Shown: positions 1 to 43,247 of the stretch, one piece after another
Numbering within the stretch: position 1 is the stretch's first letter
How the letters are laid out: each line of letters opens with the position of its first letter
Source of the DNA: Bugula neritina
Taxonomy: Eukaryota; Animalia; Bryozoa
DNA: 64,000 nt
Direction of reading: 5' to 3'
Assembly: GCA_964035545.1 (NCBI GenBank)
Contig: OZ037767.1
Span: forward strand, 12,819,801 to 12,883,800
The notes under the pieces: generated by a model
Database searches by the model: none
What the model saw: the letters and a program-made list of their open reading frames with translations, nothing else
What the model was told of the DNA's origin: nothing
Position numbers and translations under genes: made by a program

Positions 1-296
1 CATCGTTTTGTAATAATACTGATACTGGAATTTTGTTGTCCGAAACTCCGAAATTTGGAGTTCCGATTTTCGAACAACAAAGGATTCTTTTGTGTGCGTG
101 TTTCTTTGTCCTGTGTGTATAAAAGCAGGCGAGTTTCCAGTGTAAATTCAGTCTACCACTGGAGCTCGCCTGTTCAAGATTACCATATTATTCTGCAATG
201 AAGATTGATTCTACTGAAGACTACCCTGCATCTTGTTCTCTCTTACAAAGAGATATGTTCAGCACTTGGTTACATTCAACCCACAAAGTTATTACA
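1..296 (+). mobile_element. 3' part of a Gypsy LTR (solo or 3' LTR) related to the LTRs of the 27981-35332 element, in the opposite orientation; lies in intron 4 of the minus-strand protease paralogue
   Basis: Three blocks match the reverse complement of LTR 27981-28549: CATCGTTTTG..ATACTGATACTGGAA (1-30), TGTGTATAAAAGCAGGCGAGTTTCCAGTGTA..GGAGCTCGC (114-169) and CATTCAACCCACAAAGTTATTACA (273-296). It ends in CA and is followed by ATAT and host intron sequence, with no PBS. Confidence 0.8.
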
Positions 297-348
297 ATAT
301 TTGGTTTATATTCTCTTCTACCTCTGAAAGTTGTTTTAGTTGACCTAC

Positions 349-2737
<2,389 letters not shown>

Positions 2738-3719
2738 CACTTATCAGCTTCTTTATTAGGAATAAAAACTTCAATAAAAGTTGACAGCTATAATTTTTTT
2801 GCTTTTATCAAAATTTAATATTGATTGTTTGGGTAGAAAACTTTTTTATGCTCACATTGTAAGCGTAAGGCTAATTAATGATTTTTTGAAGATTTCAAGA
2901 TAAGAATTGTAATATTGTTAAGTTGCTTTACAAATATATTTTTAATTTAAATGTTTTCCAAAAATATATATTATAGTCCCTATAAGTTATAACTTTTAAA
3001 CGCTGGGGGACATGAATCTCTTAACTATTCAATCTTGGCTGAAAATCTTTTTCAGGAGATTATTAGGAATTTAACATAAAAAGTGGAGATTGCATCACAA
3101 CTTTCTAATAAGCTGAAGAGTCACTTATCTTTAATTATGTTTCAACTTGTTAATGCTTATTTATCTGCTGCAATTTACTTGTCGAGTTTGTAATTTATCT
3201 AAATAAAGTAATTATTGTAATATATTTTATTTAAAAACATGCAAGAAACTATCTCTCAAGAATGAAATCACAAAAACCAACAGCTAACTTTCAGCAAAAC
3301 TCTTCGTAAAACAAAAACTTCAAAAAACGGAACTCCGTAGTTAATCTTGTTTTAGTATAGTACATTGGTTTATGCTAATGTTTAATCTGTTTATAACTGA
3401 ATAGAATTGTTTATTATTCTTAATATTTATTCAGTACATCTAGCGCGTAAAACCCATAACCGTAAAAACTGATTTATAATGAATCCTTGATATAAAGAAC
3501 AGGAGAACACAATTACAAAGTATATTATAATAATAAGAGAAGACAACTGCAAATTACATAACATTACAACAAATCTTAAACAAACGCAGAACAAAATTGA
3601 AAAATTAGTATGACACAACAAAATTAAATTAATTAAAACTTTCTATAAAAAGACATGTCATGAATATTATTGCAATTAAACGAACTTGTTTTTATTTTCT
3701 TAGCTAACACAACCAGCAA

Positions 3720-4965
3720 TGTTTTTTCGTCTTTTATTTTGGAGTTGTCCACGTTCACTTCATTGCTCCCTCCTTTACCAAGACTTCATCCTCAAAATCA
3801 CACAGCAATTTATCCATTTGGTACTTGCCAAACCAAACAGGGGAATGTTTGGTTCGCGCTGACCTTCTCAACATTTCATTATCTGAGACACTTTGTTCCA
3901 GGGAGTCTGTCTTTTCATTACAGATGGTGTAAGTAGCAGTGGTTCCGGATCTGGCATCATTAAGGGTGGTAATCTTTTTCTGATTGAGTATCTATGGTTG
4001 CTGTGTCTGGAGGGTCTTGGCTTACTTCCGGAGGTGGAGCTGAGTGTCTGTCAGAAATCACATCTCCAACTACTAACTTTATCCGACCTTCGTGTTGCCA
4101 GACTTTCGCCCTTGTCGTTCCATTTCGTAGGTCTGGAAGGGAAGGGTTTTTGTGATAGTATAAGGTCTAAAATATTTTGGCTGCAACTTGGCTCCTCTGC
4201 CTCGCCCTTTATAAAATGATTTAAGCTAGACTTTATCTCCCACTTTAAATAATGGCTCTACATCTTTTTCTGCTCTAGGTACTTTGTTCTGGCAGTCTCT
4301 CGACATCTGACCCGCCACTTACTATCGCTCTTGTAAATTGACAACATAGTCTTCTTCTGTGTACTCTAGCTAAGTAATTGGGTGATGAATGTCAGGGTGT
4401 AATTGAACTTCTCTTCCTAGCATCATGTAGTTGGCAGTTTCTCCTGTGATGCGATGTAGAGTGGCATGTATAGAGAGGCGTATTATTTGTGGTAAGAATC
4501 GGTCCCACGACCGATGTTCACAACCTATCAGTAGAGATCTTAAGGAGTTTCCCGAGGTTTGGATGATTTCAAGAATTCCAAAAGCTGAAAATACTCTTAC
4601 TTTTAGAGCTCTGGCCACAGTGGTAGCTTTTCCATCAGGCAGTGAAATAGCATCGCTCCATCTGGTGAAATGATCAGTTAGGACAATTATTATGGCACTT
4701 TTGTATTCTGTCTCTGATAGCGGTTCACATAAATCAATGGCCACTATTTGCTATGGGCGTCCCGCATAAAAATGATTGTCCGCCCGCCTTCTCACAGTAT
4801 TATTACCTTTTGATTGTTGGCAGTCTTTATACGCTGCCCCATCAGCTGCCTAACTTGACTGGTCATACCTTACCAATACCATTTTAGTCTGAGAGCTGCC
4901 AGCACTTTATTGGCAGCCAAATGAACTTTGTTATGGAGGCTCATGATGACCTTGTGTCGAATCGA
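3720..4965 (-). mobile_element. Degenerate Ty3/Gypsy pol (integrase) fragment
   Basis: ORF 4370-4744 (IDLCEPL..VLTDHFTRWSDAISLPDGKATTVARAL..GETANYMMLGRE) aligns by eye with the integrase of the intact element (VDLVGPM..VLTDHFTRWADALAIPDATAPTVARTL..QETPNFLMLGRE). It has an internal deletion and stops; boundaries are approximate. Confidence 0.8.
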
Positions 4966-5082
4966 CTGCGAACAAACAGATCATAGAATAAGTAAAATAA
5001 GATGCTCTAACGTGTTGTGCTATATGCTGTCTTATGCAGTATTATATCAACAATTGAGATATATAGTATATATATTATATAT

Positions 5083-5280
5083 ATATCTCAATTTGTGTAC
5101 AGCAGCTGTTTCAAGATTTGTCCCTTCATCAGCACAGAAAAGAGTACTATTGACAACAGCTTTGCAATGGTAAAAACTTATAGATTTATGAAAGCATGTT
5201 TAAAAAGTATGTAAAACCAAGCCAGAGAGCTCATGTGACTCTAGGGGTTACCTAAAAGTCACGAGCCTTGCTGAATGCTT
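5083..5280 (-). mobile_element. Diverged partial copy of the 272-nt hammerhead-containing repeat; HHR at 5092-5138
   Basis: Colinear with 18962-19155. The minus strand reads UCUGUG-CUGAUGA-AGGGACAAAUCUU-GAA-ACAGCUGCUGU-A-CACAAA. Its 3' end abuts a TA tract. Confidence 0.8.
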
Positions 5281-5598
5281 TACATAGATGCAAATATGCA
5301 AATATACAAATATGTGTATGCGTGTATGTGTGTATGCTTATAATATATGTATCACGTATTGCAATAGAAAGTAAAAACTTTCTACATAAATGTAAAGAAG
5401 CCTAAAAATGGAACATAATATGCAAAGCTAAAAAACAAAAATTTTTGTGCATTTCATTACTTTATAGTTTTTAAATTTTACATTTTCTAGCTTTTATTAT
5501 GCGTTTAAACAATAGCTGCAAAGCATACAGTAGCGTTGGTCTGTTGACACAAAGTAAATGTTTGATTGCAGTTTGTATGCGTATTACAACAGAAGGTG

Positions 5599-8500
5599 AT
5601 GGAAATAACTCGACTAGTTGGTATTATTTTGAGTTTTTCTGGTCTTTTTTTCTGTTTAAACCATCCAGGTATGTCAGAGTAGTTAGCATTACAACAAATA
5701 CCTTGATTATAAATTATTTGTTTGATAAGTAACAGTATCTGCAAGTAAATATATAGAGCTATTCCAGCATCTTTGTGTATGTGTGCGTGTGTGTGTATGT
5801 TTGAGCGTGCACAATATTTTTGAATATACAACATATGCTCTTCGTGAAAATGCAAATATTAAAACAAAAACCTTTTTGATAACTTGTTAAAATTTGATCT
5901 AATAAGTGTAATTCTACTTCAAAGTTATAAGAATTTAAAAAAGATAAAGTTTGCAGGTAAATTTTTAATCTATTTAGGAATAGTATAATCAAAAATTTGT
6001 TGGTTTGTCTTCATCTCGATATGCATAGCATAACATTTTCATATGTTTGCAATAGCTTAGGATTTTTTAGATTTGAGCAAACATCTTGCATGGGATCACT
6101 TCAAAAACACCTCTTTTAGCTTGTGAAACAACAATTATAGTTGCAATATGGTGATAGTCAGTATAGCTATGCATCTTTGTTGTTTTTTATAATGTAGAAA
6201 ATTTCGTTAGTTAACTAACGACGGCAATTCAATGTTAATTGTTTTTGTTTTGCTAGAAATGAAAAAACTTCTTCAAGAATGGAAAAAGTTACATCACGTT
6301 AGAGATTCTTACACAAACTTTTCTGATAAGTTTACTAAAAGTCAAACAAAACGCAGAACAGCCTTACTCAACACAATATACACTGTTCAATTGTATATTT
6401 ATGTTGACTACAACCTGAAGAAAACGTAAGTCAATTTTAAAGCTATACATTAATCAGTTTGTATTATTTAAAATTGTCTTTTTGCTGCATATGATAAAAT
6501 AGTGATTACTACTTTCATGTGAAAAACAAATTTTAAAAGTTTCCATGTGACAAAAAACGACTAAATATACAAAATAACTAAAATATCAACATAGGTTATG
6601 GCTGTGTAGGCCAGTATAAAACTCTTTAATTATTTGCAATTGGTAAATTTTAAAACAAATAGCAAATTCTAGTTAGTCTACTATAACTTGCTATGACTTA
6701 CAGTCATGACACCTTGACATGATGACAGGAGGTGTCATGACAGTGGGTCATGACACACTGTTATGACAGTGTGTTATGACACATACAATAATCACGAATC
6801 ACAAGATGACACTTATTCAAAGCATGTTTTGATGGTTGTTCATACTTACCAGGTTGTCTGATTCAGCCAGGCGATTAGGTTGGCAAGGAACGGATGAAGA
6901 TTACATCAAATTTTTTGTTAGTCACCTAGTCAATGAGGTAACTCACGCAAGTTTATAGTCCCTATCCCTGTGAGAAACTCCTGATATGAAGGGTTTTTGT
7001 TAAAGCGGGCTATAAGAACTTATTCAGATGGGGCACAGGAGCAATTATGACTGGATGCTCTTTCTAACATCACCAATGGCCTTTGTCAGAGTTCAAAACC
7101 ATGACTCTGTGCTTACTATAGGCAAACGCTATAACGCTTAGACCACGGCGGCTCCCTGGATACTCATTTCATTAATTTTTCATCCCTTAAAATTTAAAGA
7201 GTATGTTTTGAAGTATTAGCTTTTGTTTCACTCATCAGTAGGATTAATTTCAAGTTTAAAGCACTGTTTATAGGAAAGTACAAAAAAATGATTGCTACAA
7301 TGCAAAGTTTTTATTGCATTATATTATCTATCGTTTTGTAGATTTTTATTTATTTGCAGGTAGATGTGCGGTATCAGAGCATAGATACAGCCAGTGTCAA
7401 CAGCAGACATAGTTGGGCTATACAAGTGAAACTTTCTCATATAAGCATCGCTACAGTATGTGCCTGTAAATTAAGTTTTTTTTCCAAGTTTAAAAGTTTC
7501 AAAATAGCTGTCTTCAATAATTCTTGAGTGGTTCATGATAATTACATATACTTGAAATATGAACTTCCGTAAAATGTAATTGTATTCCTTGAAATTGCAA
7601 AAAGCATTTTTGTATAACAGAACAATTTCTGATTACAGAATATTGTAAATTGTTGTAACTCAAATTTTTGAACGAACTGGTTTTTAACAGTCGAATGCAG
7701 ACTCTCCTTGGACTAATGCCAGCCCCACAGGATATGTAGATGCCCCCAGTGCTCTTCACTCTTTTACTCAATGGGTTATTAGGAATGATGGCAATCTGCC
7801 AACTGATGCTGACCACTTTATGCTGCTAACGAGGTTAGATATATCTAAGCATTCATAATTATTATTAATATAATGGACAAATTTAGGTTGCTTTTTCTAA
7901 AGTGTTTGATTAATCTAAACTTTAAATAATGACTACCTACTCAAGGAAAAAGTTCTCCAATAGCTAGACTGTTGTACTCTGTTTAGAGCTAAAGCCATAC
8001 AAAAAATATCTCAATATCTACTGTCAGCAGAAACTGTTCAAAAAGTTCAAAAGTTCAAAAATCACTTTATACCTATTTGACTGATCACTATTTAGTGAGC
8101 CGGTTTTTGCTTTTGATTCAGTTTTATTCCAATCAGTTGGGCATCATTGTGAATAGCGAGTGAGATTGAAAACATCTGGCAGTTCAGCTAATGGCAATTG
8201 ATATAGTCATGTTTTTTCTGACAACATAATAACTGCGTATAACAAGTAACTACACTAGTTAGTGGTAAAGTTTTAGGCAATGTAAAATTTCACTCATTAC
8301 TTTTTTCTGCTAGTTTACTGATAGTTACTGAGAAAAATTACTGCTTTCAGTGTTGATTTGACATTAGATGGTAATGCTGGTATTGCTGGGTACGCTTATC
8401 TACAGAGTATGTGTGGAAGTCAATCAACATCCATAATAGAGTATCACACATCCTCAACTTTGGCTCATGAGCTTGGTCACAGGTTGGTTAATTTCACTGA

Positions 8501-10965
8501 AAGTTTCTATTTTCAGTGAAATTTAAAACACATTTTACATGTTGTCTAAGTGTTCAAATCATTAAAAATCAAGCTTTTTTTTATTTAAAGTTAATGGCAC
8601 CTTTAATTAAATGTAAATATATAAATTTAAAGAAAAACTGAAAAATTTTTGAACTTGATTTTTTTGAGACAAATAAAAGCAATCTTAAAAAACTTACTTA
8701 CTTGAGTACAACTTGCGTTTTTGTAAATTTTAAAATAATAATAATTGCAAATTTTTATAATTTTGCTCAGCCTTGGAGCGTATCACGATGTTTATGAGAA
8801 CGGTTGTGATGGGAGAGAACAGTATGTGATGGCAGCAAGCGGTGACGACTTCTCCAAAGAGGTTGCAGGGAATGATTGGATGTTTTCTAAATGTTCTGTC
8901 AAATCATTTGATGCCTTCTTTACATCTTTAAACAGGTGAAGATATCAATGGGAGTCAATTAGTTTTTAATTAAATCAAATACTTAACTATGTTATTATTA
9001 CGCCAAAAGAAAGCATAATTGATTTAAGATTTTTCTTCTAAATTTTGAACAAAGTAGTATTGAGCAGACAATAGCTTAAATTTGTTAATATTTGATCTTC
9101 ACTCAAGTGAGAGAAGCAAACAAAGCATTTTATTTTCAAGTTCACTATAAGGAAGATGTCCCTGCATATGATATAAAATTGGTTAGCTGCAGCAACTAGG
9201 TTTTATTCGCTATACTAGTTTATATTCATATTTCGAAATGCTTATATATATATAGTGGATTCAGTAACTGCAACTCTATAAGACAAGGGCAATACTTGGA
9301 GACAATTCTGTTAGATTGTATCTGCTGTTACTCCAATAAGTATACTATTCCAATGCTAATAATCGAATATAACTTATACAATACTGTGATAATTTTATTA
9401 TTTGCCATTTTTTAGATTTGTAGCTATATGCATTCAATAGTAAAACATAATTAATATTTAGATGAACAAACAATAGTTTTTAAGTAATTTAATCTCACCG
9501 TATTATGATCAACTGTAAATTTAGCTGATAATAATCTGTTTTGTAAAAAAATTGCAGCAAGGATGAAAACTGTTTGCTTAATACTGGAAGGTATATTGAT
9601 ACATGGAGAGAAAACTCTCAACAAAAATTTGGACAATACGTAACATTACATGAACAATGCCGTTTATTTCACGGAGATAATTATTATTATATTGTATGTA
9701 TATGAAAAGAATATATATATATATATATATACTATACGATAATATTATTAAACACTACAATAATGTTTAATAAGTTCCACACAAAAATTAAATGTATAAG
9801 TAGTTTGAATTTAAAAAGTAAACATTGAAATATTGCTTTAAGCATATTATTATTCTGATCAAGTTAGCATATAAAAATCTGTTAAGAATAACTAAATAAA
9901 AGAATTGTGTACTTGAAGTAGACACTTATTTTGTAAAAATATTTCTTTGCATACTTGAGGTTCGAAGATTTCCAGACGTGTGCAGAGCTCTGTGGTGTAC
10001 TATGAATGGTAGAAATGCTTATACTAAACAGCCAGCTTTGCAGTACACTAGCTGTGGAATGAACAAGGTAAGACAACTACTAAAAATTTATGTAATTTAA
10101 GTAATAACAAAAATACTATTGAAATAACCTAAATCTAGTAATACACATAAATGTATGAGTCATACAGCATGTTTTCAAATCCTAAAATTGTGATATACAT
10201 AAAAAGAACAAAAGCCCATCTAATAAAATTTTACAAACTAGTAAATATTATGATGTTTTTATTGCAGTGGTGTGTAAAGGAAAAATGTGTGTTTGACGCT
10301 GTGGCACCGCAAATTGATGGTAAGAAAAATATTGCATCTAATATCAGATTTAATATTTTATTTTGTAAAACTGAAAAAAAAACTTAAAACTAACAATTAA
10401 CAAAACTAAAAGTTTTGTAAAAAAAATATATTTTAGCAGCCATGTTGAATCATTTAGTTTATGTATAATGAAAGCCCAAGACTTATACTTGAGTTTTAAA
10501 ATACTTTTAGCAAAGTGCCCAGCTGGAAATAAGCCAGGAAACTTTTTACTAAGTTCTCAAGTGATGAATTGCAAAACCGTTACATCTGAGGATTGCAACA
10601 GACATAATTTGGTACGACAATTATGCTGTAGCAGTTGCAAGAAATTTGCCACCCCTTGGCTTGGACCTGATTGCCCTTATGGAGACAAGAATCTGTTCCA
10701 TTCTATACACTCATATAAGAAAACCGTTTGTCCCGAAATTACTCTGTCACAATGCTCATACGATCCAGCTGTACAGACATCTTGCTGCCAAACATGCTGT
10801 GAGTTCAGCCGACCAGAGTTGCCTTTCACGTGTCTTGAAGAAGAATTTGTGACGACCACCTCTGAACTTCCAAATTCATTGGCTTCCTTCATCGACCCAT
10901 CTTTAACTTTAGTGTTGATATTGAATATCCAACAAGTTCTATTTATTGATATAATTTTTTTCTGA
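5599..10965 (+). CDS. Gene A: secreted, probably GPI-anchored MIG-17/ADAMTS-like M12B zinc metalloprotease (catalytic, disintegrin-like/Cys-rich, 2 PLAC-like modules), very short prodomain
   Basis: Phase-consistent exons: 5599-5668 (signal MEITRLVGIILSFSGLFFCLNHP), 6257-6425, 6853-6937, 7360-7455, 7691-7833, 8351-8482, 8771-8935, 9558-9693, 9960-10067, 10268-10319, 10511-10965. Zinc motif HELGHSLGAYHD, Met-turn QYVMA, CPYGD..CC..C modules and a hydrophobic C-terminus. Exon 1 is the least certain. Confidence 0.88.
6950..7156 (-). mobile_element. tRNA-derived SINE
   Basis: Minus strand has a GGGAGCCGCCGTGGTCTAAGCG head, a degenerate B box and the core GGCCATTGGTGATGTTAGAAAGAGCATCCAGTCATAATTGCTCCTGTGCC, shared with 12880-13068 and 35878-36080. 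Confidence 0.7.
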
Positions 10966-11082
10966 AAACAGTTGCAATTTGCATAAAAGTTTTGGAACTA
11001 TTGGTTACAGTTGATTGCCTGTTCAGTTGTCTTTTTCATATCATTAAACATGCTCTAGTAAAGAAAATCTAAGGCCTATATA

Positions 11083-11175
<93 letters not shown>

Positions 11176-11688
11176 TTATATTTATATGCATATGCATATG
11201 CATACTGTATTTGCAATAGAAAATAATGAAACAACATAGTATGTAGTATAAAGTAGTTGGATTATATAGTAAAGCATAGCACCCTATTAGCAATTATCAC
11301 AATATACAGCATAATACATATTATTTCAACCTAGTAAAGAAAATTTTAATTGAATTTCCATATTTCATGTTTCTATTTATTTTAAATGTATAAAAGTAAT
11401 TTTCAGCTTAGATTTAGTAGTTTAATAATATATTTTGGTTTGGCATTTGAAATTTATACTTGATAGGTATTATAATTTGTTTTGATGCATAATCTTTGAT
11501 TTGAAAATATTTGCATTGGAGATTACAAATATGCTTGCAATCTTGAAATATTTGAATAAATTCATCAACTTTATGCTCACAATGTAATCAAGAAATTCTT
11601 CCAACTCAACAATCAACATTAAAATTCAATGAAGGTAAAAGAAATTATAGCTGCCAGCTTTCATTCCTAATAAGGGAAAAAATAAGTG

Positions 11689-23827
<12,139 letters not shown>

Positions 23828-24534
23828 ATTTATTATAATATTTGAATTATTTTGCTGTCTATTTAGATAATTTGACAAATAAAGTTATGCAAGGATAAAA
23901 TGATGCAATATTTATTGTATTATTGTAGTAACGTTTTGCCATCCCATCATGTAGCAACATGATTAGTCATCTATAATCCTTTGATAGCAAAAGATATTTT
24001 ATTTTTAGTTGTCAAGCACTTGGATATACATTATAAGACAACATACTTTAACTGAAATGCTTTGTTATGCAACATTGTATTAGTGCTATAGATCTGATTC
24101 ACACAATTTTTATCTTTAGATATAAAGTTTTTCTAATGCTTCGTTCAGATTAGAATAGGTTGTCACAATATTGTTATAAAGACATATTTTTTATTACTTA
24201 TTTACAAACCATTAAAGCTTTGCATTACTGAATAGCATTGCAAGCGCATTCTTTCCCAGAGTAGGCTAGCTGCTGTTGTCTTCAGTCAACCATTTTCTTG
24301 TCAGATCTACTACAGCTAGCAAGCTGACTGACAAACCACCATTGTATATTTATAATTATACATATTACTTTTTTACGCTGCATCTTTTTGAAAATTTTAC
24401 CTACAATAGTATTATTTTCAAAATGTAATGTGCACCACATACCAAACAAGAATCACTATATGAAAAAGTGTAAGTTCATTTTAGATTATAGGTGTTTTGA
24501 TATCAGACTTGTTTGTAGTAATTCTCGGTAATTA

Positions 24535-24621
24535 AGTAGCAGCAGCAGTAGCAGTAGCTGTAGCAGTAGCAGTAGTAGTAGTAGTAGTAGTAGTAGCAGT
24601 AGCAGTAGCAGTAGCAGTAGC

Positions 24622-24659
<38 letters not shown>

Positions 24660-25000
24660 CAGTAGCAGTAGCAGTAGCAGTAGTAATAGCAATATTAGTA
24701 CTACTAAAAGCTGTTGTATTATAATGTACTTACTATATAATAGTTCTATGCTTTTACTAGATCAAGTTTACCTTCAGTTAAATAAAGTTATCGCCATCTT
24801 AAAAACTACACTTTCTCGTGTTCATTGTCTAACAAAATATAATCTACTGCATTCACAGTCATAATATTACAGTAGCAGCGGCAGCAGCGGTAGCTGAAGC
24901 GGTGGTGATGGTGGTGGTGATGGTGATAGTGATGGTGGTGGTGATGGTGGTGGTGATGGTGGTAGTGATGGTGGTGGTGATGGTAGTGGTAGGTGGTGGT
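24535..25000. repeat. (TAG/CAG)n and (GGT/GAT)n trinucleotide microsatellites between the convergent gene ends
   Basis: Directly visible at about 24535-24690 and 24900-25000. Confidence 0.95.
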
Positions 25001-27203
25001 AGATAGTAGTTGTAATTAATTTTTAAACCATCTGTAACTTTTATGAATGATTTGGCATGCCTGGGCTACCTCTGCCAATTGATGAATGGGGCGGGAAGAT
25101 ATTTTAACTGCTATTATATTATACTACTAGCTATAGCTCTTAAAATAATCAGCCCACATCTTTCAGATGAACTGAAAGGTTACAGATTGAAAGTGATTCT
25201 CATAACATTTATAAATTAGATAGAGATAGTACTGTGTTGTATGAATTACAAATATTTCACGCTGTTATTAAATTCAATAAAAAAAACATGTTGAATTAGA
25301 ATTAGTGAATCTCACTAACACAATCACATAGTACTATATAAAGTTATAGCCAGAAAGATAAAACCAATCAGAGGGCAATCTTCATAAATATGCCAGCTAG
25401 CAGTCAGCTTTAATTTTCTAAAGTATTAGGGGTAATAGTACTGACAGTGCCGAAGCCTAAAGGCGGCAGCTCCAGCAATAAGACCTTTGTTATCTTGTCT
25501 ATAGCAACGAGTGTTATTTTAAAGTTGATAATTTTTACTTATACTATCTGCATAAACACAATTACCACCTGTATTATACAAATTTTTATGTGCACAAATT
25601 AAGAATGAGTGGTAGCAAAACATTACGCTTGGATAATGAATTCGGTAGTTACTAAGTATGCTAGCCCGTCATTATATCTAGGTATCATATTATCAACAGC
25701 TAGCTTTAACATCTACAAATGATTCAGATATGCAGTTGTTTATACCATAATACAGATCATTATAAACAAGTAAATGTGTTGTTTGGAAGGCACCACAGAT
25801 GTACATGTTCAAAGCATGCCTACAATTTTATATTATACCAAACACATTTATAGGATTACAAGGTTTTTGTTGTATTTATATCTTTCATTGTCATTGTGAT
25901 TAGATTATTACCATTGATGATTGTTGATGAAGTTGCAATCTCTGTATTTTGCTGAACTATGTTTAACCTTTGTATTCATATGCGCTATTTTATAAACTTC
26001 TAAACCTTCAAAAATACAAGAAAACAGTTATATCATATATTCTGGAAACATAAATATTTAGTTAAATTATTGAACTTGCGTTATAAATTCCTTCAGTGCT
26101 TTGTGTCATCCCATTTTCTATTTCATGTTTTAAGGGCGTTTACTAAAAAACTCGAGATCCGATTAATATCTTTCACTTAAAAATTTATGTTTAGGTAAGT
26201 TGTAAATGGTCTCGACATAGATTCATGGAATATGATTAAAATGAAATTTTAATCATATAATATCTATTCATTTCTCTAAAAAATAGATTACAGCTATAGT
26301 CTCAAATGCTATTTTTTAATTAACTTCCTTTTTAGTTTACATTGCTCACAGATTTCCCACGTAACATAGTCACAAATCACAAAAGTACATGAGGGCTAAG
26401 CACTACAGCCCATTATGTTTGTTTCGTAATAAATCCATTTCCGTATCAGCGTTTTTTGTTCTAAGTACAGTACTGTGAGAAATTGTGTAATGGTGGGCAC
26501 ATATATCAGACAGGCAACTCTCTGTTGGACCGGTAGTATTCCACCTGTATTAGAGGCCAAGTATCTGGCCTAGTACAACGCCTACTAACACGCAGACAAT
26601 GGATAGTTATTTTACGATATGCATGGGACTCACTAATTGGAGTTGATTGACAGCGGCTTAGATAGCTGCAGTAAAATAGCAGCAGTGGATTAGTTAGGTT
26701 GTGTTTTTGCTAACATAACTATGTTAAGTTTTTCCTTTGTGTTTAGTTAGTTACTTTTTTATTATTCGTATAAATAAATTCATTCATACTCTAAGTCGGT
26801 AGCATTGCTTTTAGGATAACTACCCATAATAAGTAAATCATAAATACACAATGATACCTATAGGCTATATTTTAAATATAACTGAATTAAATAAAACAAA
26901 ATGCAAATTTTCAAAACTAGTACAATAGCAGAAAAACGCTTACCTAAATAGTAAAGAAGCTTGTTCAGAATAAATTAAGTTAACAATTTAATACAAAAAT
27001 CATTTTTGCTAACTTTCAAATATATGGTGCAAAATCATATTAGAAATATCCTAAAACATAAAAACTTTGAATTAAAATCAAAAAAGAAAATTAAATATAC
27101 TGACAAGATTTTTGCAAAAAAATCCTCATAAATATAAATAAAAGCAGCAGATAATAGTTTCATAGCAAAAACCGGGCTATGTTATTATAAGTATAAATAC
27201 TGC

Positions 27204-43247
<16,044 letters not shown>

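Noticed and set aside
6071-6125. Possible extra micro-exon of gene A (DLSKHLAWDHFKNTSFS)
   Set aside because: It runs into a stop and has no good phase-compatible donor.
6700-6810. TCATGACAC-like short repeats, superficially CRISPR-like
   Set aside because: Irregular degenerate minisatellite in a eukaryotic intron, with no constant repeat and unique spacer structure.
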